64,000 nt of DNA from Chrysomallon squamiferum. Its lineage: Eukaryota; Animalia; Mollusca. Below are positions 1 through 14,400 of the stretch, one piece after another. The position numbers and the translations under genes are program-made. The stretch lies in the NCBI GenBank assembly GCA_012295275.1, contig CM022670.1:33666001-33730000 (forward strand), given 5' to 3'. Position 1 is the first letter of the stretch; each line of letters opens with the position of its first letter. The notes beneath the pieces were generated by a model that was not told the origin of the DNA, ran no database searches, and was given only the letters and a program-made list of their open reading frames with translations.

Positions 1-3000
1 CACGTTGGTGTCATGCACGAATTAATGTACGTCTTTATCTGTAGCCGATTTCTCCTTTGGGCGTGCCGACATGATGTCTATGCAGCAGTTATGCTGTGCT
101 TAATTTATGAGGTATTATTTACACTGCACAGCTGTCGTAAGCTGACTATCAGGTGTCCTAGGACATTTTTAAGTCCAAATTCTATGTACATTCTTTTTTC
201 AAAAATGTAAATGGATATGTGCTAGTTTACATTTATTGCCTTATGAATAATTATAACAATAGCCGGAGTTAATATCACTGCATCGTGATGTGAAAAAAAA
301 AGGTCGAGGTCAAAAAATTCAAATTAAGCTACAAAATATGACCGCTATTAGTGGGCACATGTTACGTGCAGGTGAAATAACACGAATTAATATGATATAA
401 AAAGGGGCAGGGTATTTTTGAAATGAGCGTTGTCAGTTGCCCTTTATATGGGAAAGGAACAGTTTAAGTTGGTGCATATTTTTGTTTAGCCGTATTTGGC
501 GCTGGGGTACAAAAATAAAGAAGAGGGTTAAAAAAAAAAAATAAGGCGAAGGAAAAAAGATTTAAAAAAAAAAAAAACAGGTCGTCGTAAGCCGTCTACG
601 TTTACATCATTACAATGTCGGGGCAGACATCAGACTTTTATCTGATCCCTCGACCAAATGTTTCTTACATACGAAAAGTGGATGTGCAAACACAACACGT
701 AAGGTCAAATCTCCTCACTTTCTATATCGGGAGTCATCGCCCTTTAACGTGTATTTGAGGAATGTACTTGGGTGTTGAATTTGGATGGCAAAAATTTTAA
801 GAAAAAAGACTCATCCATAATGACAACATCTTTCGCTGTTTGTCTGAAACAACTGAGAGGATGCGGTCCGGCAATGGGGATTGCTTATCAAGTCGGTGCG
901 AGTTTTCTTGCCGTCCGCCTTTGCTGACTGCTCGCGTCCTGATCATGTTCTGGTTTGGTCCGTGTCTCAAGGCGTCGACGTCAAACATCTCTGAGGGAAT
1001 GTTGTAGATTTGAGCAGTGTACATTCAAAAACAGCCCATTCCTCCTGTTACACACATTAAGCGAAACTTATTTTCTTCTTCATCCGCATGATGCTATAAT
1101 TTTTAATTTGAACCCTGCAAGCGTGATTAGATTTATAAATGGAAGAATGGACTAGATTAAAGACAATAAAAAACTATTTGTGAAGGTTTTACTTTCCAGG
1201 TAAGGTTATCAATTTACATATTGTATTTTATTTTCTTAACATTTGTCATGATTTAATCTAGATTTATAATTTTCACTGAAAATTCATTATATTTCGGTTG
1301 TCATTTAGTTATAAACTTGTATAAGACGCATGCCCTTATATTAATTCAATGTGCAACTTAAAAATCTGTTTTCAGCTAATAGTCATGTTAAATGAAATAT
1401 ACTGTAGGAATGCAACTTGATTTTTCGACTTCATTATTTTGTCCTCGTTATCTTTCTCAATCCTGCTAATCAACATAATCTTCAGTTCTTTCTACTGATT
1501 CTCTCTCTGCCCACTTCTTCGTCTTTCTCTTTCTCGTTATTCTCCTTCGTGTGATCCTTCCCCTGTTCCATTTTCTTTCCTCTTCAGTTTCTAATCTTCC
1601 AATTCAATACATTCTTTTTATTATTATTTAATTCCTGCGAAGGCCAATTAATTTCTTTTTTGAAATCTTTTCTTCATTTAGATACCACAGATTTAGCACT
1701 GGATTTATTTATATGAAAGCGAAGTTAGGGAAACGTGCTTCTAAGCATATAATACCATATATCTTCACCTTGATGCAAAATGCATTGATTCACTTCTTTG
1801 GGTGAAACGAGTTTACCTTAGTTACGGGTACGTGAACTCCGAGACGTTCTTATCATACCTAACCATTATGATGAGCAGATCTTCTTTTCAACAGCGCGCA
1901 TTCCGTCAGTGAATTCAAAACGCGCGAGCTTTGTTGTCAACAGTGAGGAGCGAGGCAAGCTTCGTCGTATTCCTTATAATTTAGCGTCAAATAGTTTACT
2001 TTTGTCTGAAAGCTGGAAACCATCTGAACATACATGCTTATCTTTGAAATCCCACAAATATAAACTTTCAGGTGACTGAAAAATATTTTTTCTCCATATT
2101 ATAATCTTTGTATACAATGCGAAGGTGTTGAATTAAGACTTTAAGTTGACTAAATACACCCTGCGTCAACACGCTAACAATGTACGCCTGTACTTCACCC
2201 TTCTTTTTCTTTTGATCTTTGCGTGATGTTCACCGGGGACACGTGTCTTTCTCTCACATAATGGCCTCGTACCCGCTTTTTTTTTCTTCCTCTCACAAAA
2301 TACCGCAGATGTTCTTTACGTATGAGGAGGGTACATACACCGATTGACACCTTTATCCGTCCAACTACGGGCGATGAGTGGGCGGGCTCCGGCATTGACC
2401 AAACATTACACTAACCCCAAGAGTTCACAACAGAAGACTGGCAAGTACTTTCTACGAGTGTTATGCAAGAGAATAAATAAAAAGGCTCGATAAGCAACCG
2501 TCGTGATTGAATTACAAATGCAGTATTTGTGTATGTATTTATGTGTGCGATATGTGTGTATGTACGTAAGTATGCGATGTGAATGTCTCTGTGTATGAAT
2601 GTATATATGTATGTACGTATGTTTGTTTGTATGTAAGTATGCATGCAATTGTTTGTATATATATGTGTGTGTGTGTGTGTGTATTTGGAAAGAAAGATTT
2701 TTATTAGATTGTTTTCTTTGCCTAAAATAACTTTCATTATTTTTTCAAAGATCTTCATGAATGTTCATATGTTCTGTATGAAACAAACCATTCCGTTTAG
2801 CATTCAGACTATTAGAGATTGCTTTTCGTCTGCATTCGTGGGATGCTATTTTCTGTTTTACATTTTTTAAAACGCGTAAGTTTATTAAATGTACCTGCTC
2901 TCTAATGACGTTACTTGAAAGTTTTGTTTTCCAGGTGAGGTTATTAATTTGTTAGTTTAACTTATTACATTTCTCATTCTGCATTTTCTTCTTCATCTAT

Positions 3001-6000
3001 TTTTGTATTTTTTATATTTTATTTTTGTTTTTATTTTTTACATTTGTTACATCAATATATATAGTTTCAGATAAATGTGTTTCTAACAATAACATTACAA
3101 AGCTTGATTATTTATATCTGTTTTTATTTCTCTTTATCTATTATTCGATATTTATTTTTCATTTCATAAACCTAATTATGTTAAATTAGGAAAGACAAAA
3201 CTTTATTAGAATCTTTTTTTCTAAAAATAATTTTTATGACTATTTCAAATATCTTTATGGACGTGGGTCCGAAAATACCATAGATAAAGTTATTCTGCTT
3301 GCCATTTCGAAGTCTCGTTTTTTCATTAATAACAAAACTCTATAATAAACAGTGGCCATAATATAATTATATTTAATCCAGTTCTAAATAGTAATATCCC
3401 ATTGTCATAAGAATATCTTGAAATTGTTTATCTGGAGAATCCACAAAAGGTATCCTTGGCACACAAAAGGTTATGGTTTACGAGCGTGAATACCGTGTTC
3501 TCTGAAAGTGTGAAGAGCACACGGCATGCGTAAAAAGATATGTACGAAGTTAGATTAATGCTGAAGATTCACTTCAGTCAACATGGCTGATGAGGCAGTC
3601 TTCTCAAGCAGATGTCAGAAAACAAGCACATATCAAACACTGAGTCATCTGGATCAGCGACTCGCGTTGAAAAAATCAGATGTGATTTACATCTACAAAG
3701 TCCAAGCTGTTTAATGACATGTTTAATCATTACTTTAAACTGGCAAACGAATAAAGTGTTTAAGGAAAACAATAGTAGGATTAAATGTCTTGTTAAATTG
3801 AGGTCAAGTACAGAACTCAAAAACGTATCCCGCTGATAATTTTCTCTTAGGTAAAAGCCTGTTTCGTCTTTGTTCTTGTCCCTAAAGAAAGTGCAAACAA
3901 GATAAGCATTTCGTAAACCACAAAATTTTAAGAGCAATGAAGTCATGGAATGTCGGTCCACAAGAGAGAAAGCTAGGTTACCTTTTTAAAAGTGACAAAA
4001 GTCAAAGTTTGTATCAGAAATCCGAATCTCGTGTTATCTCAGGTATGGCATCTTGTCGCTGTTTAAAAGCTTCAACGATGATCCTCGCTAAAGATGTACA
4101 CAAATGACGTGGACGTTCTGGCTGGAATGTTAGACAACACGGTAACGAAGAAACCTTTGAAAATCGAAAAATAAAGAGAAGAAAAAAATGTGTAACTTGA
4201 GACATCAGTACCGAATACCAATTAATTCTTTTATGCTGCCAAAATCTTTGGATCTTTATGCCTGAAAATCAAGGACCACATACCACGGGTTGACAAAGGC
4301 ATGCTGACTTCTGCTTCAGGCATGGGCGGTGTAAGCGAGATACCAAGGGTACATTCAAGTGGAAGATATAATTACTTGCTATACATATCTTCTAGCAGTT
4401 ATTAACCTAACATGAATGACAGAACGCCAATCTAGTGTTAACTTATCACCGATATAATGTTCTTCAAGTGGAATGTGTTGATTGTTTGCCAGGGTTTATT
4501 TTACATACCATCCACCATGCGTGTAAAACTCGAAGTATAACAACAGCAGACTCTAGTGAAACATCAAAACCAGCAAGTGTTAAAGATACAGTGGCAACAA
4601 AACTGTCGTAAAAGAGGGAGTGATAAAAGTGGTAGACATACTGATGGTGAAGAAGGTGGTAGCAGTAGCAATCTGAGTCGCTGTAGATGAAGCTGAGATG
4701 GAGGTAGTGTAGTGACAGACTCTGGCCGAATTACTGAGAGTTAATGCAAGCATCTACCCTCACAAAGTCGGAATAAAATAGTAGGGGAAATTTGAGCAAA
4801 GCAAGAAGAAACTGGTACTTGAGTCTTTATCTGTGTACAATTTAGAATAAAATCAATGCCTTTTGTCCCCACCCCCTCCATTAATCACAGAGTTCCTCCT
4901 GTACGCTCGTACTGACAAATGTAGTGGTTGCTGAATGATGATCACGCGATGCTTGTTTGTGGCAAGAGTTTGCGGTAACAGCTGTGTAAATAGCCGTAAA
5001 TGTAGTTGTAGTCACAGTCATAGAATGAGTATTATAAGTGGTAATACGTGTATGATGACGGAGGTTAATTCCCAAAAGCGACTTTTAGTCATAACAGAAA
5101 TATGCGGTACTGTGGTAATGATTACTGTAATAATACTTGACAAACAAATAAATATGTTTATCAAAGGAAACCAATATTCATTGTTATTTATCAGTACGTT
5201 CAACAACGATGTCAAGTACCTTAAAGTTTATTAACTAACTTCTAGTAAGATGCTTTAACACGGTTGCTGACTTGAACGGAAAGCGACGGCATGCGTTATT
5301 TCCTCAACACCGTCAGCTATCAGGAAATAAGCCACTCTGCAGTTGACAATGGGATCTTGTGAAACTGTCGTGTCTCTCATTTCATGCTGAATCATGATTC
5401 AATGCTTTACGAATACTATAAAGGGAAGAATCTATTAATAACATTTCAATTAATGGTGGGAGGATTTAGGCCTCATCATAACTGGAAAGGGAAAACACCA
5501 GCCCACGCCGACAGACATCATTCGCCAACTGCTAAATTAAGATGAAACGCACAATCGCCTAAATTGTCGGTGGTTCGTCACTCGAGGCGAAGGTAAACTC
5601 AGTACAAAGCCATAAAAATAAACCTACTGACACATTGTCCAGTCGTTCGGCGTCACAAATTGATGGTGGCCAACCAGTAAGTGTTGTGCGTTTGTGTTTA
5701 TTGACAAGGGGTGTATGGCGCGTCACTTTGTCATTCAAGAATCAAAATGTAACCCAATATGCGGAAATAGCCTGATCCCCTTTTTGGTCCCAAACGAGGG
5801 TGGATCCGCTAACTAATCCCACAAAGCTAAAAGCTGGAACAATCAAACGCCTATAAATAACCTTGATCCTTAAAGTTAATCCTTTCATTAAACGTGAAAT
5901 TACCGGCTTAGCATCATCCACATTGCGGTGAGTTTAGTTTACCATGTAATTAATAAAAATAACATTTTCATACTCAGCTAAATTTTGTTTGTAAACACAA

Positions 6001-8229
6001 TTACTAACCTTAGCTTAAGTGATTTTTATTTTATTTACTGAAAGAATTTAATTATTTTAAATATTTTTGATGTTATGACATTTACAAAACATATATAATA
6101 TTTTCGTTGAGATTAATCTTCGTTTTAATGGTTAAATGTGAATGTCAAATTCATGTTCGGCCGCTCTGAAAAAGAAAATTAATGATACATGAATCCGATA
6201 TAACGAGTTGTTAAACATCAAGTTGGGTATAATCATTATCTAGGGATCATTTATTTTCACCTTTAGAATGTATATAAAGGGTAATGTATAACAAGCAGTC
6301 GTAAAAGGTATAAAACACGAGACGATGATGTCATTTTGAAAGAGGCGGTCTCCGATTGTATTTCCAGTGGGTACGGCATATTATTTTCTTAATGTAAATA
6401 GTGTTAATAACAAAATGATATTGTTGTACATTCACTCTATAAACGTCGTGATTTATGTAGCCAACAACCATAAACCACTAGAGTAAAATAATGTTCACAA
6501 CTAAACTGACAGAGACAAGAAAAGCAGGAGAGATTAAAAAGAAGAAACCTGAAAAGGAAAACAACACGAGTAATGGGTATACACTACTAGTAATGTTTCT
6601 CCGCTGCGGTCGACATTCGAAGACTGCACTGCGCCTTTAATGAAGATATCTGATTATCTATGCTGTACATGGTTTCACATTTGCTTCTGTTTGCTGTCGT
6701 ATACTAATATCATGACAGGCTACTGTCTCATTTCTTAATCAGCCAAATAAATCGGGACGTAAATTTAGGATTTAAATGAAAAAAACAGATGAGATGTCAT
6801 GACAGTACCTTTCAAGATTGTTTTACGCATGCAAGTGTGGTTTGTGTTTAGCTTCTTTTTTTTTTCTTCGAAAATGATGGATGAAGCTTGCTGTTTTAAT
6901 TGCCTGGAATTTTTTTTATTACTTTGCGACACAATGCGACTTCAGGTCTAATTTGCTTCCGATCATTTACGGGATAACTACTTGTGAATTATGTGTGTTA
7001 TCTCTGGAAGAGTGTGGCCATTTTGATGTGTGAGTATTCTTATAACGCTATTATCTTTGACGTGATGAGAGTAATTTGTGGCTGTTGATTTTCTTTTTTT
7101 GTTGTTCATTTTCATAGGATGTATTGTTCCTTTTACGTTAGTCTTCTGTAGTCTGTATATTTGTCTACTAATTCTGCATGTTTTATGTCTGTCAGATCAA
7201 ACATTCACAGTATGTAAGTTTTAATTAACAGTCTAGAGCGCTGGAATGAAGCATAACAGATCATTGAATCCATCATCTTCGATAATTCTCTACTGCTGTT
7301 CCCAGTTCCATCTAAATCCATCAGTGCTTATACAAAAGCCGTGATATCTGTTTCACTGTTTGCTTGAAAGGACATTTAAAATATATTTCTGTGCTAAAGA
7401 AAAAAGAAAACAACATTTTCATCAGACAAGATCAAATATTGGATTTCCGGAAACCGATGACAAAATATTAATCTTCTCTAATTAAGCAAAACAAACTTTA
7501 ACTAACTCTGAGATTCTCCTACAGATACTTAGACGTGTTGTTTTCAAAATACGCCAGCATCATAATAAGATCTGTAACGGAGTTAGGTCAATCTAATTCT
7601 TTACAACATTCCTTTAAATCTGATGAGTTGTCCAAAGTGCCACCGGAATTCTTATGGTCATGGTTTGTCGCTTTTTCGACTCGATCTTTTTTCTTTTTCT
7701 ATTTTTTTTTTTTCGTTGACAAACAAAGCACAGACTAAACTCGAGAGTGACAGAGGGGGGACATACATCATAAACGAATATTTAGCTGACATCTACTTAG
7801 TTATTCATCGTAATCGTATTTACTCGACTCTCCGCTCGTGATAAGCTGGGTCGAGAGGTCGGCCGCTGTTGGAGTTTCTGAACGTGAGACCGGTACGTGC
7901 TGCACTGTCAGTGTCGGGTGTCTGTTTGCTCTGTGTTATTATTTTTCTATTACGTGATTCTAAAGCTGCTATTTGTGTAAACAGATTCAGCCGGATCGGA
8001 GCCATCGTGGACAAGCTCTTCTTCGTAACGGAGAACGCGCAACGAACTGCGTTATGCAATACGTTGTAATTACTTTTGTGTGTCTTTCTTTCTCCTACTG
8101 TTTTCTCTATCAGTGTTTCTCTTCACCTTCCAAACTCTACACCGTTATAATCTTACTTATAATTTTTCTTACAGTTTTTCTCTGTCTCCTGTCTCTTTGT
8201 GTCTATCTATTGACGGCCTGTCTGATTGT

Positions 8230-8455
8230 CTATCTATATCCATCTATCTATCTATCTATCTATCTACTGTCTGTTTGTCTGTCTGACTGTCTATCTAACT
8301 ATCTATCCATCCATATACTATCTATATGTATATATCCAGCTATCCAGTCTGTTATCTATCTATCTCTCTCTCTCTGTGTAAATAACCCAGCTATATCTCT
8401 CTGTATAATCTATCTATCTGTCTGTCTATCTATCTATCCATCCATCTATATATCT
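8230..8455. repeat. (TATC)n/(TGTC)n compound microsatellite
   Basis: Direct reading. Confidence 0.85.
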
Positions 8456-9462
8456 GTGTAACACAATTATAGAGGCAGAGATAGAAAAAGAATTAGAGAG
8501 AGTATGTACAAATACATAACATAAGCACGTACTACGGAAATGTATATAAAGTGCTTACTACAGTGAAAATACATCAGAGAAATGACCTTGTTTAATTACG
8601 ATTGCGAAAATTAGAAATATTTTGTGACATCCGTCACATTCCCAGTTCATTGCGGTCGTCGCGTGCTATTTTTTTTTTTTTTTTATGTCGTACGCCAGCT
8701 GGCTCGAACCGTTCGCTTTAACGTACATGTGACCAAGTGTCTTATTATCTAATCACACGAGCGAACCATCTAACTAACGAGCGATGAAAATCAAATTTTA
8801 TTATCAGATAAACAACCACTAGGACCAGCAACGTTGTGCTTGCACTTCGACAACGGGACCCGAGCTTTGTAAACAGTACATCGCTGTCAGATAATTCTCT
8901 CGTTTGTTGTGGTTTATGAGGAATAATACCGTGTGTTTCACCTTTATCATTGCAGCGTATTGTTTCTTGAATGTGGAGCGCAATATCTGTGTCACATGTT
9001 AGACGTATTATATATTTTTTAAGTATCAGCACATTTTTTTTTTTTTTTCTGAAATGGAGATTGAGTAATACAAACGTACCTGTGTTTACCTTGTGGATAC
9101 TAATTAGCTGGCAAACTGCGCCATTGTTTCTAATCTTTATTCATGGGTGGTATTGGATGACAGCGCATGGACACAATTAGTTAGAGATTTGCATTTAGCT
9201 TACCACCGAGCGGTAAGTAATTAAACAAAACAGTCAGAATTTATTAATATGAAATACTCGGTAACTGATTTATTTTTCTTTCTGGTACCTGTTATTTTTA
9301 TTACTCATGGTTTAGGTTTACAGTTCACAGGTCACGTGATAAAAGTGAATGAGTTAAGTGCTAGATACTAAATAGTTCAGCTGCTTGTATGTCAAATTGA
9401 TTATATGCTAAATAGGCTGGCTGGTTTAAAGCTAGTTATCTGAATGTTGAGATATTCCAGGC

Positions 9463-9475
9463 AATAATAATAATA

Positions 9476-9537
<62 letters not shown>

Positions 9538-9562
9538 CAATAACAATAACAATAACAACAAC
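9463..9562. repeat. (AAT)n/(AAC)n microsatellite
   Basis: Direct reading. Confidence 0.9.
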
Positions 9563-9875
9563 ACTAGTAGCAGTAATAGTAGTGGTAGCAGTTTTAGCTG
9601 AAGACGATTAAAAAGTAGTGCTTTTAGTATTTGTATATCAACAGAATAACAAAAGTAATAACAACAGAATAGAGTAGCAGTAGTTGTAACTATAATGGTA
9701 GTAGCAGTAAAAGCAGAATAGCAATTACACTATTGTTTTTAGTTTGTCTGTTGTAGAAGTTTTCGGGTGATGAAGTCAGCAAAATGTAAGAAGAAATTTA
9801 AAATTAAATGAAAATTCTTCAAAGAGTTCAGAACGTGATGGCAACGTACGAGTTACCAGCGAATGTTCATATAAT

Positions 9876-10015
9876 GGGCATGTTCCACGGGCAATAGATC
9901 TTTTCAAACTGCAACACTTAAGAAGAACGTGTGATCATTTCTTATAACGGGCAGTGTGCACTGGCGACAGATCTTTTCAAACCGCAGCAGTCCGGAAACC
10001 TGTGATCATTTCTTT
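9876..10015. repeat. Diverged ~72-bp tandem duplication
   Basis: Two copies of 'gggca.tgt.cac...agatcttttcaaac.gca.ca...tgtgatcatttctt'. Confidence 0.65.
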
Positions 10016-11400
10016 GGCCATGTGCTGCCGGCCACGCCTTTATTGTGTGGCTGCGACTGCTTCTGGCTGTCCCTGTTTGTGTTCCTCACGACACCAGTGC
10101 CTCGTGTGATCCTTGTTCAAACCAAGAAATTAGCCGCATCTGGTTCGTGGGTCGGCTTCTGTGTTTACTCAAATCTCGACCAGTGTTGCAGTGAAAGAAT
10201 GTAACTAACTATTAAACTGGAGAATGCTATTTTCGATCCAAACTATTTCTTTCTTTGCTTTTCTATCTCATATTTTTTTTTTTTTTTTACCCCTTCTTCT
10301 TCTCTTTTGACAGGTCAGCGAGTGTGTAAAATGCCCAAGTGTCACCAAAAGGCCAAATTCATCTGACAGCATATTGTGCTCATCACTCTTCAGTGTCTTG
10401 ATTAGGTCTCAGTTGTAACAGAAAGGGGATACGTTACCAACACCTGTTCTGACACTGGTTATAATTTTAATCCAAAATCATCACTTACGTTAAGGTAAGT
10501 TTTCAATATCAGATTTTATCTTATTATGTAGACATAATATCTTTCTGTCAATCTAGTACATTTTTAATGTTTTACGTGTCTCTGGATATCTGTCTATTTA
10601 TCTGTCTCTCATTCCCCACTTCCTTCTTCTTTCTTTCCATACATTAATCTATGTGTATACGGCGGCCTGTCTTTTGTCTCTATGTATCTGAATATCTGTG
10701 TGTTTATTAAAAAAATCTGTGTGGCTTAGTACCAATCCTGCTCTGTGTGATTTCGAGTCTTTTGACTTTACGAATTCCTGTTATTCGCGCTGTTATGGCA
10801 ACTCGTTCACCCGACACAAATAATTTCTTATGGCCCATTCTAGTTGTGTGGCAGTATGTATTACCTCGGATCATTTAAATGGCCATTTACATCCACTTGA
10901 AAAATGTGTTTCGGTGTTAAGTATATTGTCTTCGCTGTTTTAAATGGTAATGTAACACTTGGATACAGAGATAAAACTGGGCTGGGACTGAAATTAATGT
11001 GTAGCTGACTTCGCACTAATTGTTCTGTGATTTTGATACTTCGCATAGTATCAGTATGACGTAGACCTCCATTTGTTAACCTGATAATTATTTTTGAAAT
11101 AACTTTGTAGTACAGGCAGCGACTTCTATATGCAAAAATATGTTTGTCTTATATAACAGATTACTGGGTGTTAAAAAATGTCGTTTCCAAGTCCAAGGCT
11201 TATCAAATTTACATTATTTATCGTCAATATTCTGAGATATACATATTAAGTGGTACAGCCGCACCAACAAAGGGTTTAACACATCTAACATTTCATAAGC
11301 ACTATTGTTCTATATTAATTGGGATGCATGTTGAGTGCAACCGATATAATCAGCTGATTCAAGGATGGCCAAGTGTAAAAATATTTGTTCTAGTTACCTG

Positions 11401-11403
<3 letters not shown>

Positions 11404-11450
<47 letters not shown>
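11404..11450. repeat. (TG)n microsatellite
   Basis: Direct reading. Confidence 0.9.
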
Positions 11451-11452
<2 letters not shown>

Positions 11453-14400
11453 ATTGTTAACTTATTTATCAGTTATATTTTTCTTTTACTAAAATGTGAC
11501 ACAAAGCACACGATGAACATTATGATTAAAAGAGCAAATGTAAACAGCGGGCAGTTATCACAGAAGTTTGTTCACCTGTTAGCACAGATTAGACTCAGCA
11601 TGTGGCTTTCTCACCACTACCTGATCTCGCGGAGTAATGCATATAACAGTTTCGTAAATACACTGACAGACAGACATAGAGACATACATACATATCAACA
11701 TCTATATCTATATCTATGTATATATATACACACACATACATACCTACTGACACACATATATATGTATACACCCTACTGACTTCACTATTTCGAAAACATG
11801 AAATGCTGTTTCATGATTCTCACGATAAACAAATGTGTAAGTGTCTCAACCTTTTTAAACAAATTTGTATAGGTAGTTTCCTTTTACAGTAAAGAGTGTT
11901 CATGACTGCAACAAGATAAAAAAATTATCAGAATGACTCAAAATAGTTTTGCTTAAACTAAAGAAGATAAAATTTAGTTGTTTTTATTACGAAGCAGCTG
12001 AAATTATTACAGTGTACAGAAATAGAATAATGAATGGTTTGTTAATTTAACTATGTGTGAGAACTAGAGATTGAAAATCTGTTCATGAATCAACAAAAGA
12101 AAGTTTGATAAAATCAGAATGTCATTTTAGTGCAACTTTGTTTGGATGTTGAAAGAGTAGGCAAGACCACATGCATATACTGGATTTGAAAAAAAATATA
12201 TTTAAAAATTTAAAAAGAATGATAAAAATGGATATTACGACATTTTCTACGGTCGTGACAGTTTACTCTGTTATTAACATACTTGCTCGCGATAACCGAA
12301 ACTGTTTCAGAGGAATTTTAATTGGATATGTTCTCTTACGTTAGTCTATATACATGATAGGATATACGTGTATCGCCACATATATTTCTGAAATATTACC
12401 CTTGGCAGGCCGAGATTGGACAGATGATGTAATTCACTTTCGATCAAGTTGATCGCGTTCCTTACGCAGTGGGTGATATATGTGTCATTTCAACTTCAGT
12501 TACAAGAATGGTAATCTAGTGACAGACGCCTGCCTGTCATGCTTTTAGACAGCTGATAAAGTGAAAACACCCAGATTTACACGTTTATATCCTGAACCCG
12601 ATAAATAAACCTGATAAATAACATAGTCACATTTAACTTTGCTCTTTTTTTTCCATATTAAGGAGATTGTTATTACTTGTCTGACTTTACAAGAATATTA
12701 AAGGTTTCCATATTTAACTCTTTCTGTCTTGTCTCAGTATTTTAAGGCTATTGCCGCGCAGTGTCTAATTCTATACGAATGGTACGAATGCTAAAAATGT
12801 TCCATACCCTATTTTTTGAATTTCTTACTTTAAGAATTAATTATTTCTAACAGATGTTTAATAAAAGGAAACTCTACAAAAGTTTCTCTTTTTTTTTTTT
12901 TCCTTCATCTTCATACGCATATTTTATGTATGTCTTTTTGTGACAAACGATTAGTCGTGAGTATAATTCTAATTACCTTCTGCTTTCTCATTGCCTGGAT
13001 TACAAAAATGTAAAAATGTCAGCTATAACACATCAGTCGAGGCACTACAAATCATAAACTGGACTTGACTATCTGTTGTTTTTATTTTGGTGTTTGGATA
13101 GTTACCTAATAACGCTGTTAATTTTTCTATCAAAGAAATCCTAAAGCAGTGAAGACCCCATGTTGCAAAAAGAAAGTGAAAACATATCATTTAAATTTAT
13201 CTATAATAATTAATATAAATCACTGACAGCAGTTGCTCATCTAAAATAAATAAATGCAAAATTAGACATATATCAGAAACAAGCTATCTTTACTAAAATA
13301 AGGACGCCGACTTCGGAATGTCGATGCTCATTTACGACAAAAGTATTATAGCGTTTCGCAGATATATAGGCCATCAAAACGTCCGCTTATTTACATTTCC
13401 CTGCGATCTGATATGATCTGTTTGATAAATAATGATATTGGGTTACACAAACTTCCAATAATAAAGCTTAATGTATCACTGTATGCAGTGTTGTAAATTG
13501 TCTCTTGGGTAGCGAATCGAGTGTATCACACTGCGACAAACCCCGTGAAAATATAGTCTTACACCCAGCTGACAATTTGAAGTTAGCTCTGATGTTGAAA
13601 TATATACTGAGGTTAAGAACACGGTGAAAAAATATATAGAGATTAAGTATAGTAATAAAAATTATAAATTATTTTTACAGGTCTATGATATGAAGATGTC
13701 TCGCTTATGGTTAATGTATTTTAAATTAATAAAAAGACAAATTACATACAATATTAACAAGATACTATTCTATTAAGACGCTGCCTGAGGGCGTAAATAA
13801 CGTCTTTTGGGTTAACGCAGTCATATTTTAAGAAACTATTTTACATATTATTTTTCTCGAGGCATTTATACGAAGACAAAGTGAATATAATGAAAGTATC
13901 CAAAACTGTCAAATTATAATAATTACATCAGACATTTTCCTTTGAAACACTGCACATTTTTCTTTTTTTTGTTTTTCATTTGTGTAACCTTTCAACACTT
14001 GTACCACATATCAAAGCTTTGATCAGTCCAGCATTGCATGTACAATTACTTCAGGCAGAGCAGATTTTTATAAATTAATATTTTATTTGACAACACTTGT
14101 AGACATACATATTTTGAACCATAGTCGGTTTGACTTAACTGCAAAATAACTACATGCACTTGGTAACAAATAAAAGTTTTAAAAAGAAGCCAGTTTGCTT
14201 TCATGAAAAGAGTTACGACGCATTTCAAGCATGATGTACAAGTCTTTCTTTACGCATGCTGTGATGCGCATCTAATATTAATATATTTTTTAAATCTGCT
14301 CGAAATTAGAAGCCTTCTTAATGCGAAATTTATTCGATGCAGATCAAATCACACTGTACACAAGCATCTGTTTTAGTCAAGTGTGAACTCTTAAAGTATG

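Noticed and set aside
797-1024. 75-aa minus-strand ORF in a GC-richer block
   Set aside because: No recognisable family and no supporting splice structure; cannot be called coding.
11144-11779. 211-aa ORF
   Set aside because: Spans (TG)n and (CA/TA)-rich repeats, starts with TTG, and has no domain-like composition.
13670-13686. Additional AG|GT motifs (13680, ~17168, ~30348, ~60798)
   Set aside because: Weak donor halves; expected by chance in T-rich DNA.
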